Below are positions 22,149 through 31,644 of a stretch of DNA of 64,000 nucleotides, in pieces. The notes beneath the pieces were generated by a model, which saw only the letters and a list, made by a program, of their open reading frames with translations, did not search any database and was not told the DNA's origin. How positions within the stretch are numbered: the stretch's first letter is position 1; each line of letters begins with the position of its first letter. The translations under genes and the position numbers were made by a program. The stretch lies in contig OZ245838.1 in assembly GCA_965228735.1 (NCBI GenBank), positions 320,001-384,000 on the forward strand. Reading direction: 5' to 3'. The stretch comes from Planctomycetota bacterium (GTDB taxonomy: Bacteria > Planctomycetota > UBA1135 > UBA2386).

Positions 22149-23573
22149 GGTAGTGCAGCATGCGTTCTGTAAACCGCCCGAGGCAGCTTGACGCAGTCGG
22201 CGGTGGTCGTCGCGGTTGGTCTGGGCGCTGCACCCTGGGTGCAGTGGCCAGGCCGACCGCGACGACCACCGCCGGCGCGGACGGATGCTTCAAGTCGGCG
22301 AGTCACGACGCTCAGCTTTTGTTAACCACAACGAAAGCAGAACGAAGTGACCCACCAATCCGAAAGTAGCACGCTCGACACCGTCTTGGAATCCATCGCA
22401 ACGCAGGGTCTGGGAGGGATCGCGGACGCGATCCGCGTCCTCGTGAACGAGGCCATGAAGATCGAGCGATCCGCGTTCCTGGGCGCCGGCCCAAACGAGC
22501 GCACCGAGTCACGACGGGGCTACGCCAACGGCTTCAAGCCGAAGACCGTGGCGACTCGCGTCGGCGCGATCGAGTTCGCCGTTCCGCAGGTCCGCGAGGC
22601 CGTCGACGGCGAGCGCTTCTATCCGACGGCACTCGAACGCGGGATTCGCTCGGAGCGCGCCCTGAAGCTCGCGGTCGCCGAGATGTACGTCCAGGGCGTC
22701 TCGACCCGCAAGGTCGCCGCGATCACCGAGGAGCTCTGCGGAGTACAGGTGTCGTCCCAGCAGGTCTCCCGGGCCGCCGCGGCACTCGACGACGAGCTGC
22801 AGCAGTGGCGGATGCGCGAGCTCGGCCGGTGCCGCTACCTGGTCCTCGATGCCCGCTACGAAAAGGTCCGGCACGCCGGCTCCGTCATGAGCGCGGCCGT
22901 CCTGATCGCGACGGGCGTCGATGATGCAGGCCATCGCTCGGTCCTCGGCGTCAGCGTGTCGCGCTCGGAAGCCGAGGTCCACTGGCGCGACTTCCTCGAC
23001 AGCCTGCGTGAACGTGGCCTGCACGGGCTCGGACTCGTCGTCAGTGACGACCACTCTGGCCTCCGCCAAGCTTTGGCGGCGAGCTTTCCCGGAGTCGCCT
23101 GGCAACGCTGCCAGTTCCACCTGCAACGCAACGCCGCTCCACGAGTGCCGACCGTCTCGTTGCGCCCGTCGATCGCTCGTGGACTTCGTGCGGTCTTCAA
23201 CGCTCCAGACCGACCTGAGGCCGAACGGCTTCTTGATAGGCTTCTGGAGGATCACGCGGAAACCGCTCCCGACTTTGTCCGGTGGGCTCGCGACAACGTC
23301 CCCGACGGCTTCGCTGTCTTCGCGATCCCGGCGACGCACCGTCGCTGCCTTCGCACGACCAACATGCTCGAGCGCCTCAACAAGGAGCTCCTGCGCCGCA
23401 CCCGCGTTGCGACGCTCTTCCCCAACGACGCCTCTCTTCTCCGGCTCGCCACCGCGGTCCTCATGGAGATCAGCGAGGACTGGGTGACTGGCCGTCGCTA
23501 TCTCTCCATGGACGCTGAGTGAAATGATTCGCCGACTATGGGCTCGCTCTTACAGAACGAATGTTGCTTTGCC
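22149..23573 (+). mobile_element. IS256-family insertion sequence, 1425 bp
   Basis: Imperfect IRs GGTAGTGCAGCATGCGTTCTGTAA / GGCAAAGCAACATTCGTTCTGTAA (19/24); 8-bp TSD CCGACCCA at 22141-22148 and 23574-23581. Confidence 0.93.
22347..23522 (+). CDS. IS256-family (Mutator) transposase
   Basis: 'MYVQGVSTRKV', 'LVLDARYEKVR', 'VVSDDHSGL', 'WQRCQFH', 'RTTNMLERLNKE'. Confidence 0.95.
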   Translation: MTHQSESSTLDTVLESIATQGLGGIADAIRVLVNEAMKIERSAFLGAGPNERTESRRGYANGFKPKTVATRVGAIEFAVPQVREAVDGERFYPTALERGIRSERALKLAVAEMYVQGVSTRKVAAITEELCGVQVSSQQVSRAAAALDDELQQWRMRELGRCRYLVLDARYEKVRHAGSVMSAAVLIATGVDDAGHRSVLGVSVSRSEAEVHWRDFLDSLRERGLHGLGLVVSDDHSGLRQALAASFPGVAWQRCQFHLQRNAAPRVPTVSLRPSIARGLRAVFNAPDRPEAERLLDRLLEDHAETAPDFVRWARDNVPDGFAVFAIPATHRRCLRTTNMLERLNKELLRRTRVATLFPNDASLLRLATAVLMEISEDWVTGRRYLSMDAE

Positions 23574-24527
23574 CCGACCCATCTGCGAGCGATCCTCGAC
23601 CAGCGGGTGCGCGACGGAGTGTTCCGTCGACTGATCGACAAGTGGCTGAAGGCGGGGGTGCAGGAGGACGGTGCGCTGCATCGCTCTCGCAAAGGCACCC
23701 CACAAGGAGGCGTGATTTCGCCGCTGCTGGCGAACATCTATTTGCACGCAGTGCTGGACCGTTGGTTTGTCGAGGAAGTCAAGCCGAGGCTTGCCGGTCG
23801 CGCGGAGTTGGTCCGCTATGCGGACGACTTCGTGATCCTGTTTGCCGTCGAAGCCGATGCACGTGCGATGTCGTCGATCCTGGCCCAAAGGCTCGGGCGC
23901 TTCGGCCTCACACTGCATCCGGACAAGACCCGGTTAGTCCGCTTCCAACCGCCCGAAGACGGCGCGGCGGGGAGCGGCACTTTCGACTTCCTGGGCTTCA
24001 CCCATCACTGGTCACGCTCCCGGCGCGGCCGATGGACCGTGCAGCGGCGCACCACACGACACGTCGTGACCCGTACCCTGACTGGGCTACGGGATTGGTG
24101 CCGTCGCAATCGGCACGACAAGGTCCGCGTCCAGTACTCCACCCTGTGCTCGAAGCTACGGGGGCACTACCTCTACTTCGGCGTGACCGGCAACTCTGCT
24201 GCGTTACGTCGCGTATGGTACGAGGCCCGTCGCATCTGGCATCGGTGGCTGAGCCGGCGCTCGCGGGCGGCCTACATGTCGTGGGCCCGCTTCGAGCAAC
24301 TGCTGCGTGCATACCCGCTTCCTCCGCCCCGGCTGACCCGGTCGGTCTACGCAGCGAGCCCTTGTCGCTGACGAGCCGGATGCGTTAGCCGCGCACGTCC
24401 GGATCTGTGGGAGCCCTGGGGGGAGACCCCCAGGGCCACCCGGCGTTTCAAATCCGCCACCCGGCCGCCGGAGCGTGGCGGATTTGAAACGGGTTCGGTA
24501 CCGCCATCCGTATGCTGCGGCCTCGCC

Positions 24528-26555
24528 ATGTTGGATCCGCTCGCCGTCGTTCGTTTCGTTCTCGCCGCCGTCGCTGTGCTCGCGCTCGTGTCCGCCCAGC
24601 AGGTGCCCGAACCCGCGTTGCGGACCGCGCCCGCGCACCTGCGGGACGGGCAGCTGAGTGAGCGCCGCGCGATCCGTCGTGACATCCCACTGACCCGTTC
24701 GATCCGGCGCGCGTTCGCGGCGGGCACGCGGGACTTCACGGGCCGACCCGGGCAGAACTACTGGCAGCTCGAGACCGACTTCACGATCCATGCCAGGCTC
24801 GATCGGGAGAACCACGCGATCGTCGGCAGCGAAACGATCGTGGTGCACAACAACAGCCCCGATCCGCTGTTGCGCATCGTGCTGCGGCTCGATCACAACC
24901 TGTTCCGCGCGCGCCAGCAGCGCGGCTCGTCGGTGCCAGCGGAACTCACCGACGGCATGGTCGTGAAGCGGCTCGCGGTGAATGGCACCGAGGTCGATCT
25001 CACGGCGCGGCCGCGACGCGGGCGCGGGGCCGCGGACCAGATCACCGTCGGTGGCCTGGAGAGCACGGTCGCGGCCGTTCGGCTCGTCGACCCCGTGGCA
25101 CCTGGCGCGAAGGTCACGCTCGCCATCGACTGGTCGACGCGCCTGCCCGGTGGCAGCGGGGGGCGCGGGCATCGCATGACGCAGCGCTGGGAGGATCGCG
25201 TCTATCAGCCGACGCAGTGGTTCCCGCGCCTCGCGAAGTACGACGACCTCAACGGCTGGGACACGAGCCCGTATCTCGGGCCCGCCGAGTTCTACAACAA
25301 CTTCGGCCGCTTCGACGTGCGTATCGACGTGCCGGCCGGCTGGCTCGTGTCCGCGACCGGCGTGCTGCAGAACGCGGCCGAGGTGCTCGCGCCGGCGGTG
25401 CGCGAGCGGCTCGGGACCGTGCTCGACAGCGACGCCGAGGTGGCGATCGTCGCGCCCGGCGAGCGCGGGGCTGGCACGGCGACGGCAGCCGGCGGTCGGC
25501 TCGTCTGGCGCTTCGTCGCGGACAAGGTCAACGACTTCGCGTGGGCGACGTCGGCCGAGTACGAGTGGCGCGCCACGCGCGCGACGATCCCGGGCAAGGG
25601 GCCGGTGCCGATCCACATGCTCTTCCTGCCCGAGCGCGCGCGGCGGTACGCGCGGGCCGGCGAGGTGACGCGCCACGCGCTCGAGTTCTACTCCGAGAAG
25701 TTCGGCGCGTATCCGTTCCCGCAGATCACGCTGCAGGACGGTCCGAGCTCGGGCATGGAGTATCCGATGGTGCTGAACAGCAACCAGGGCGCGGCCGATC
25801 ACGAGGCGGCGCACCAATGGTGGCCGATGATGGTCGGCACCGACGAGACCACCTACGGCTGGATGGACGAGGGCTTCAACGTCTACATGAACGCGTGGTC
25901 GGGTGCGCATCGCCGCGGGCGAGCTGCCAGCTTCGACGGCCGCGGCGCCCTCTACGGTCAGCGCGCGGGGGACGAGAGCGAGCCGCCGATGATGTGGGAC
26001 GCCAACTACGCGGGGCCGCAGTACGGCTTCCAGACCTACATGAAGACCTCGCTGATGCTGTCCATGCTCGGCGGCATCGTCGGCGACGAAGCCGTGCAGC
26101 AGGTCATGAAGGAGTACGCGGAGACCTGGGCGTTCAAGCACCCCTCGCCCTGGGACTTCGCGTTCTTCGTGAGTTCCGAGCTCGAGCGCGACCTCGGCTG
26201 GTTCTTCTACTACTGGCTCTTCACGACGGATGCGGTCGACGGCTCGATCCAGGACGTCGCGCGTGACGGCGACGACACGATCGTGACCGTGCACCAGGCC
26301 GGGCAGATGCCGTCCCCGGTCGTGCTCCGCGTCGAGTTCGCGACCGACGGCCCGGCGATCCAGCCGATGGGCAACGCGCGCCTGGTCGAGGACAACGTCG
26401 CGATCGTGACCTGGCCCGTCGACGTGTGGTTCGACGGCGATCGCAAGTTCGCCGCCCGCCTCACGTTCGGCGGTCGCGCGATCGAGAAGATCACGCTGGA
26501 TCCGTTCGGCCGCTTCCCGGACGCCACGAAGGACGACAACGTCTGGCCGCGGTGA
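24528..26555 (+). CDS. M1-family (gluzincin) metallopeptidase, exported
   Basis: 'GMEYP', HEXXH 'HEAAHQWW', downstream 'WMDEGF', 'FKHPSPWDF'; signal peptide. Confidence 0.9.
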   Translation: MLDPLAVVRFVLAAVAVLALVSAQQVPEPALRTAPAHLRDGQLSERRAIRRDIPLTRSIRRAFAAGTRDFTGRPGQNYWQLETDFTIHARLDRENHAIVGSETIVVHNNSPDPLLRIVLRLDHNLFRARQQRGSSVPAELTDGMVVKRLAVNGTEVDLTARPRRGRGAADQITVGGLESTVAAVRLVDPVAPGAKVTLAIDWSTRLPGGSGGRGHRMTQRWEDRVYQPTQWFPRLAKYDDLNGWDTSPYLGPAEFYNNFGRFDVRIDVPAGWLVSATGVLQNAAEVLAPAVRERLGTVLDSDAEVAIVAPGERGAGTATAAGGRLVWRFVADKVNDFAWATSAEYEWRATRATIPGKGPVPIHMLFLPERARRYARAGEVTRHALEFYSEKFGAYPFPQITLQDGPSSGMEYPMVLNSNQGAADHEAAHQWWPMMVGTDETTYGWMDEGFNVYMNAWSGAHRRGRAASFDGRGALYGQRAGDESEPPMMWDANYAGPQYGFQTYMKTSLMLSMLGGIVGDEAVQQVMKEYAETWAFKHPSPWDFAFFVSSELERDLGWFFYYWLFTTDAVDGSIQDVARDGDDTIVTVHQAGQMPSPVVLRVEFATDGPAIQPMGNARLVEDNVAIVTWPVDVWFDGDRKFAARLTFGGRAIEKITLDPFGRFPDATKDDNVWPR

Positions 26556-26582
26556 GGCCCACACCCCGCGGACGATTGACCT

Positions 26583-26677
26583 GCCGTACGGTACCTGGTT
26601 CATGCTGCCGGCCGCGAGGGCGTTGCCGTGCCGGTGGCGTTACGGCGGCCGGCAGCATGAACCAGGTACCGTACGGC
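26583..26677. repeat. REP/REPIN-like element, copy 1 (33-bp perfect IR, 29-nt spacer)
   Basis: GCCGTACGGTACCTGGTTCATGCTGCCGGCCGC at 26583-26615 and its exact reverse complement at 26645-26677. Confidence 0.9.
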
Positions 26678-26693
26678 CGGGTATCCTCGCGGC

Positions 26694-27422
26694 ATGGCCG
26701 AGTTCCGTTACCCGAACGAGTCCGAGGAGTATCGCAGCAAGCGTGACGAACTCCTCGCCAAGGAAGTCGAGCTGCGCGCGCAGGCCGAGGCGGTCGCAGA
26801 GCTGCGGCGCGAGCTGCCGCGCGGCGGGCGCGTGCCGGACGGCTACGTGTTCGAGAGGGTCGGGCAGGACGGTGAGGTCCTGCAGGTGCCGTTCGCGGAG
26901 CTGTTCGGTGAACGCGACCAGCTGCTCGTCTACACGATGATGTTCGGGCCCGACTGGGACGCGGCGTGTCCGTCGTGCACCTCGATCGTCGACGGCATCG
27001 ACAGCAACTACGTGCCCGTGAGCAACGAGAGCGCCGTCGCGATCGTTGCGGCGGCTCGGTCCGAGCAGCTGCGCGACTTCGCGGCCTTTCGGGGCTGGCG
27101 CGTGCCCGTGCTGTCGGCTCGGTCGGGCGCCGGGGACCGCGACTACATCCGCGACTACTTCCCGTATCCCGATGCCACGGACATGGCGCTCGCGAGCTGC
27201 ATGAACTCGTTCGAGCGCACCGCGGACGGTGACTTCCACGTGTGGGGGAGCGAGCTGCTGAACCACCCGATGGAGAACGGCCATCCGCGCCACGTCGACC
27301 CGATCTGGCCGCTGTGGAACCTGCTCGACATGACGCGCGGCGGGCGCGGTCGGCGGTCGACGCCGCGCCAGGACTTCGAGCACCGGTATTTCACGGAGAA
27401 CGTGTTCCGGGAGCCCGAGTAG
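26694..27422 (+). CDS. DUF899-family thioredoxin-like protein
   Basis: 'RDELLAKEVELR...VAELRRELP', 'ELFGERDQLLVY', CPSC motif, 'PIWPLWNLLDMT'. Confidence 0.88.
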   Translation: MAEFRYPNESEEYRSKRDELLAKEVELRAQAEAVAELRRELPRGGRVPDGYVFERVGQDGEVLQVPFAELFGERDQLLVYTMMFGPDWDAACPSCTSIVDGIDSNYVPVSNESAVAIVAAARSEQLRDFAAFRGWRVPVLSARSGAGDRDYIRDYFPYPDATDMALASCMNSFERTADGDFHVWGSELLNHPMENGHPRHVDPIWPLWNLLDMTRGGRGRRSTPRQDFEHRYFTENVFREPE

Positions 27423-27445
27423 CTGCCGTACGGTACCTAGTAGCT

Positions 27446-27539
27446 GCCGTACGGTACCTGGTTCATGCTGCCGGCCGCGAGGGCGTTGCCTTGCCGGCGG
27501 CGTGCGGCGGCCGGCAGCATGAACCAGGTACCGTACGGC
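27446..27539. repeat. REP/REPIN-like element, copy 2, preceded by a 21-bp tandem duplication
   Basis: Same 33-bp arms at 27446-27478 and 27507-27539; AGTAGCTGCCGTACGGTACCT at both 27418-27438 and 27439-27459. Confidence 0.9.
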
Positions 27540-27647
27540 CAGAACCCGATTCTCGCGTCATCGGCGTGCGCTCTGGCACGGCTGGGTCTTGGGGTGGTGA
27601 ACCCGATTCACCACCAACCCCGACTCACCACCGACCCACGACCAGCC

Positions 27648-29093
27648 ATGACCATCCGTTCCAGCGTTCTCCTGCTCTCCCTCACCTTCGCACTCGGCGG
27701 CAACCTGCTCGCGCAGGGGCCGCACATGCTCTTCACCACGACCCAGACCGAGACGACGCTGTCCGGCAGCGGCGGCACCGTGCTCGACACGATCCGGCCG
27801 AACGAGATCGCGGCGCTCGAGTTCGGCGCCATGCCGTGCACGGCGCTGTCCGCCGAGAAGTGGGCGCCGCGCACGATGTTCCACACCCAGGCGGGTGACG
27901 CGGACAACGACGACTCGATCTTCGAGAGCAACCTGTTCGGCCGCATCGACGCGGTGCTCGCCGGTATGACGCCGACGCCAGCACCCCAGCAGAACCAGCG
28001 CACGATCTACTACTCGGTGTCGCAGCCGATGGGGCTCACCGTGAGCGGCGCGCCCGGCTTCCGCCCCGGCGACGTGGCGCGGATCGCCCGCACGGGCGTC
28101 GGCGGCGACGGCCAGATCGAGTACTTCCTCACGCAGGAGGACCTGCACAACGCGCTCGGTCTGCCGGCCACGGCGCCGGCCGTGAACCTCGACGCCTGCG
28201 CGTGGGGTCCCAACTTCGGCGTGTTCTTCTCGATCGAGAACGACCGCGTCTGCAACCTGCTCGGCAGCGGCGCGACGCTCGTCCAGGACGGCGACATCCT
28301 CTGCATCCCGGCCGCCTCGCTCGGCTGGACCCCGCAGATGACGGTGGCCGGCACGCTCGCCGGTGGCGCCGTCGTGATCTACACCGAGCCGCAGGTCGAC
28401 CAGATGGTCATGAACGCGCGGATCACGAATCGCGACGGCGTGTGCCAGAGCCAGATCGGCGACACGGATGCGCTCGAGGTCGACTGGGCCAACAGCTTCG
28501 CGATGAACGTGCCGAGCGGCTACGGCCCGATCGTCACCGTCCCGCATCTGATCTTCGCCGGTCAGAACCTCACGGGCGGCGGCGTGCTCAACACGATCCA
28601 GTTCGCCTCGATCCACGTCGAGATGTGTGGTCAGCTCGGCACGAACTGCACGTTCGGTCCGACGCTCGGCGACCAGATCGGCCTGACGCCGCCGGCGGCG
28701 ACGCAGGGCATCGCCAGTTCCGTCAACGGCATCGCGCTGAGTCGCATCTGCCGCTTCGTGACCGAGCCGCAGCAGCACCAGATCCCGGTCGGCAACCCGA
28801 TCGAGCTCGACATCGCCTCGCCGGGGCCGTTGACCTGGATCCTGCTGTCCTTCGCGCCGGCCGGCCCCGGCGTCGTGTCGCCGTCGCAGCCGTTCCCCTG
28901 GGGCTTCTTCTGCTACCCCGACTACTACGCGCTGCCGACCGTCGTGCTCGGCCCGGTCCCGACGGCGGGTGGCTTCGGCACCTACACCAGCCCCGGCATC
29001 CCGTGGCCCGTCGACTTCGTGCTGCAGGGCGTGACGATCACGACGGCCGGCTTCATCGAGGCGAGCACGCCGTCCACGGTCGAGGTCTTCTGA
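27648..29093 (+). CDS. Secreted Cys-containing hypothetical protein, paralog A
   Basis: ATG 27648, signal peptide ending LLAQ; colinear with the next gene; the ORF-track extension to 27465 lies within the repeat. Confidence 0.8.
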   Translation: MTIRSSVLLLSLTFALGGNLLAQGPHMLFTTTQTETTLSGSGGTVLDTIRPNEIAALEFGAMPCTALSAEKWAPRTMFHTQAGDADNDDSIFESNLFGRIDAVLAGMTPTPAPQQNQRTIYYSVSQPMGLTVSGAPGFRPGDVARIARTGVGGDGQIEYFLTQEDLHNALGLPATAPAVNLDACAWGPNFGVFFSIENDRVCNLLGSGATLVQDGDILCIPAASLGWTPQMTVAGTLAGGAVVIYTEPQVDQMVMNARITNRDGVCQSQIGDTDALEVDWANSFAMNVPSGYGPIVTVPHLIFAGQNLTGGGVLNTIQFASIHVEMCGQLGTNCTFGPTLGDQIGLTPPAATQGIASSVNGIALSRICRFVTEPQQHQIPVGNPIELDIASPGPLTWILLSFAPAGPGVVSPSQPFPWGFFCYPDYYALPTVVLGPVPTAGGFGTYTSPGIPWPVDFVLQGVTITTAGFIEASTPSTVEVF

Positions 29094-29120
29094 TCGACCT
29101 CCCAGCCGGCATGCCGGACT

Positions 29121-29171
29121 CCGACACCCGCGCGCGGTCGCCCGATGGCGGCCGGGCGCGGGCTCGGTTTT
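29121..29171 (+). terminator. Probable intrinsic terminator after paralog A
   Basis: Stem 29127-29142 / 29147-29162 extended by CCGA/TCGG, followed by TTTT. Confidence 0.55.
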
Positions 29172-29311
29172 GGTGAGAACGGGCGCCGCTGGCCCCGCTC
29201 GCGGACGGTTGCGGGAGGGGGCGTGATTTCTCGCGCCGCGCGCGTGCGCTCCGCCGCAGCTGGTTCTTCCTGGAGTGAAGCAACGATCACCACCAAGAAC
29301 CCGAACCAGCC

Positions 29312-30742
29312 ATGAACCTCCGTCCAGCCAACGTCCTTCTGCCCCTGACCATCGCGCTCTCGAGCAGCCTGCTCGCGCAGGGTCAGCACATGCTCTTCAC
29401 CACGATGCAGGCCGAGCAGACCGTCTCGGGCAGCGGCGGCACCGTGCTGTCGACGATCCTGCCGAACGAGATCGCCGTGGTCGAGTTCGGCAGCGCGTGC
29501 GCCGGCCTGTCGGCCGAGAAGTGGGCGCCGCGCACGATGTTCCACACCCAGGCGGGCGACACCGACGGCGACGACGCGATCTTCGAGAGCAACCTGTTCG
29601 GTCGCATCGACGCGGTCATCGCGGGGCTGCCCGGGATGGGGCCGACGAACCAGCGCACCGTCTACTACTCGGTCAGCGAGACCATGGGCGCGGTCGTCAG
29701 CGGCCTGCCCGCCTTCCGCCCGGGCGACGTCGCCCGCATCGCGCGCACGGGTGCTGGTCTCGACGGCCAGATCCAGTACTTCCTGCGCCAGGGCGACCTG
29801 CAGACCGCGCTCGGCCTGCCGGCCACGGCGCCGCCCGTGAACATCGACGCGTGCGCGTGGGGGCCGAACTTCGGCGTGTTCTTCTCGCTCGAAGAAGACG
29901 TCGTCTGCACGCTCGGCGGCGTCGCGACACTCGTGCAGGACGGCGACATCCTCGTGATCCCGCCGGCCGCCCTCGCGTGGAGCCCCAACCTGACCGTGGC
30001 GAGCACGGCGCTCGGCGGCGCCGTCGTCGTCCACACCGAGGCCGCCGTCGACCTGATGGTGCAGAACGCGCGGATCACGGATCGCAACGGCGTCTGCCAG
30101 AACCAGATCATCGACACCGACGCGCTCGAGATCGACCGCAGCGTCCCGGCCACGACGGTCATCGTCACCGCCGGCGTCACGATCCTCGTCCCCGAGCTCA
30201 TCTTCGCCGGTGAGTCGCTCACGGGCGGCGGCGTGCTCAACACGGCCGGCGGTGGCACGATCCACGTCGAGCCCTGCGGCCCGCTCGGCACGAACTGCAC
30301 GTTCGGCCCGACGTTCGGGCACCAGGTCGGGCTCAAGGAGACGTCGGCGGCGCAGGGCATGCCGAGCTCGCTGAACGCGATCGCGAAGGCGCGCGTCTGC
30401 CGCTTCGTGACCCAACCGCAGCAGCACCAGGTGCCCGTCGGCACGCCGATCGCGCTCGATATCGCCTCGCCGGGTGCTCTGACCTGGATCCTGCTGTCCT
30501 TCGCGCCGGCCGGCCCGGGCGCCGTGTCGCCGTCGCAGCCGTTCCCCTGGGGCTTCCTCTGCTACCCCGACTACTACGCGCTGCCGACCGTCGTGCTCGG
30601 CCCGATCCCGACCCCGACCGGCTTCGGCACCTACACCACGCCCGTGATCCCGTGGCCCGTCGACTTCGTGATGCAGGCCGTCACGATCACGCCCTCGGGC
30701 GCCATCGAGGCGAGCACGCCGTCGACCGTCGAGGTCTTCTGA
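29312..30742 (+). CDS. Secreted Cys-containing hypothetical protein, paralog B
   Basis: 476 aa, signal peptide ending LLAQ; shares long identical blocks with paralog A, e.g. 'SAEKWAPRTMFHTQAGD', 'EASTPSTVEVF'. Confidence 0.82.
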   Translation: MNLRPANVLLPLTIALSSSLLAQGQHMLFTTMQAEQTVSGSGGTVLSTILPNEIAVVEFGSACAGLSAEKWAPRTMFHTQAGDTDGDDAIFESNLFGRIDAVIAGLPGMGPTNQRTVYYSVSETMGAVVSGLPAFRPGDVARIARTGAGLDGQIQYFLRQGDLQTALGLPATAPPVNIDACAWGPNFGVFFSLEEDVVCTLGGVATLVQDGDILVIPPAALAWSPNLTVASTALGGAVVVHTEAAVDLMVQNARITDRNGVCQNQIIDTDALEIDRSVPATTVIVTAGVTILVPELIFAGESLTGGGVLNTAGGGTIHVEPCGPLGTNCTFGPTFGHQVGLKETSAAQGMPSSLNAIAKARVCRFVTQPQQHQVPVGTPIALDIASPGALTWILLSFAPAGPGAVSPSQPFPWGFLCYPDYYALPTVVLGPIPTPTGFGTYTTPVIPWPVDFVMQAVTITPSGAIEASTPSTVEVF

Positions 30743-30777
30743 GGGACCGGCGCGCCCTCGCGCGCCAGCCGAACGAC

Positions 30778-30815
30778 GAACGCGTCCTGTCGCCGGTTGG
30801 CGGCAGGGCGCGTTC
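30778..30815. terminator. GC-rich hairpin between convergent genes
   Basis: GAACGCGTCCTGTCGCC-GGTT-GGCGGCAGGGCGCGTTC, 17-bp stem with G.U pairs; no U tract. Confidence 0.5.
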
Positions 30816-30820
30816 TCGCG

Positions 30821-31579
30821 TCAGGACTCGTCCTCGTCGGCGAACAGCTCGCGCAGCACCGACTGCGGCTCGTTGAGGAACTGCCGCGTCACGCGCCAGT
30901 GGTCCGTCTCCGTGTAGTCGACGACCTCGATGCCGTCGTCGTCGAGCAGCCAGACCTCGGCGTCGGGGCACGCCATGACGATCGGCGAGTGTGTCGCGAC
31001 GACGAACTGCGAGCCCTGGCGCGCGAGATCGTGCATGCGAACGAGCAGCGCGAGCTGGCGCTGGGGCGAGAGCGCGGCCTCCGGTTCGTCGAGGATGTAG
31101 ATGCCATCCCCCTGAAAACGGTCGAGCACGAGCGCGAGGAACGCCTCACCGTGCGAGCGCGTGTGCAGCGACCCGCCGTAGCCGCGCGCGAGCTCGAGGT
31201 CGTCGACCTGGGTCGCCACGTTGTAGAACGACTCCGCGCGCAAGAAGTAGGTGTCGCTCGGGCGCCGCGGGCTGCGCACGAGGTTCAGGTGCTCGAACAG
31301 CTCGGAGTGCGTCGCCCGGGTCTCGAAGTTGAAGTTGCGACTGCCGCCCTCGGCGTTCATGCCGAGCGCCACGGCCAGGGCCTCGAGAATCGTCGACTTG
31401 CCGCTGCCGTTCTCGCCGACGAGGATCGTCACGTTCTTCTCGAAGCTGCGCCCGTCGAGGTCGCGCACCGCGGGCAGGTCGAACGGGTGCTCGCCGGCCT
31501 GGACGGCGGCGACCGTGAGTCCGATCCGGCGCACGAACACCCCTCGATCGATCCGCGGTTTGCGTCTGCGCTTCGTCAC
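30821..31579 (-). CDS. ABC/AAA-type ATPase (COG3910-like), standalone
   Basis: Walker A GENGSGKS, 'YFLRAESF', 'SHGEAF', Walker B 'ILDEPEAALSP', 'ATHSPI'. Confidence 0.88.
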   Translation of the reverse strand: MTKRRRKPRIDRGVFVRRIGLTVAAVQAGEHPFDLPAVRDLDGRSFEKNVTILVGENGSGKSTILEALAVALGMNAEGGSRNFNFETRATHSELFEHLNLVRSPRRPSDTYFLRAESFYNVATQVDDLELARGYGGSLHTRSHGEAFLALVLDRFQGDGIYILDEPEAALSPQRQLALLVRMHDLARQGSQFVVATHSPIVMACPDAEVWLLDDDGIEVVDYTETDHWRVTRQFLNEPQSVLRELFADEDES

Positions 31580-31644
31580 GGCGGGGACGATACCGGAACG
31601 GCTCGAGGCGTGCGGCGGTGGCGTACTGCGGTACCCTGGCGGAC

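Noticed and set aside
24445..24490. GTTTCAAATCC...GATTTGAAAC resembles the ends of some CRISPR repeats
   Set aside because: Single occurrence, no spacer array or cas genes; it is the inner part of the 34-bp inverted repeat
26583..27539. Repeats read as a CRISPR array or integron attC cassette
   Set aside because: Arms are inverted rather than direct repeats with unique spacers; no RYYYAAC/GTTRRRY ends and no integrase in the window
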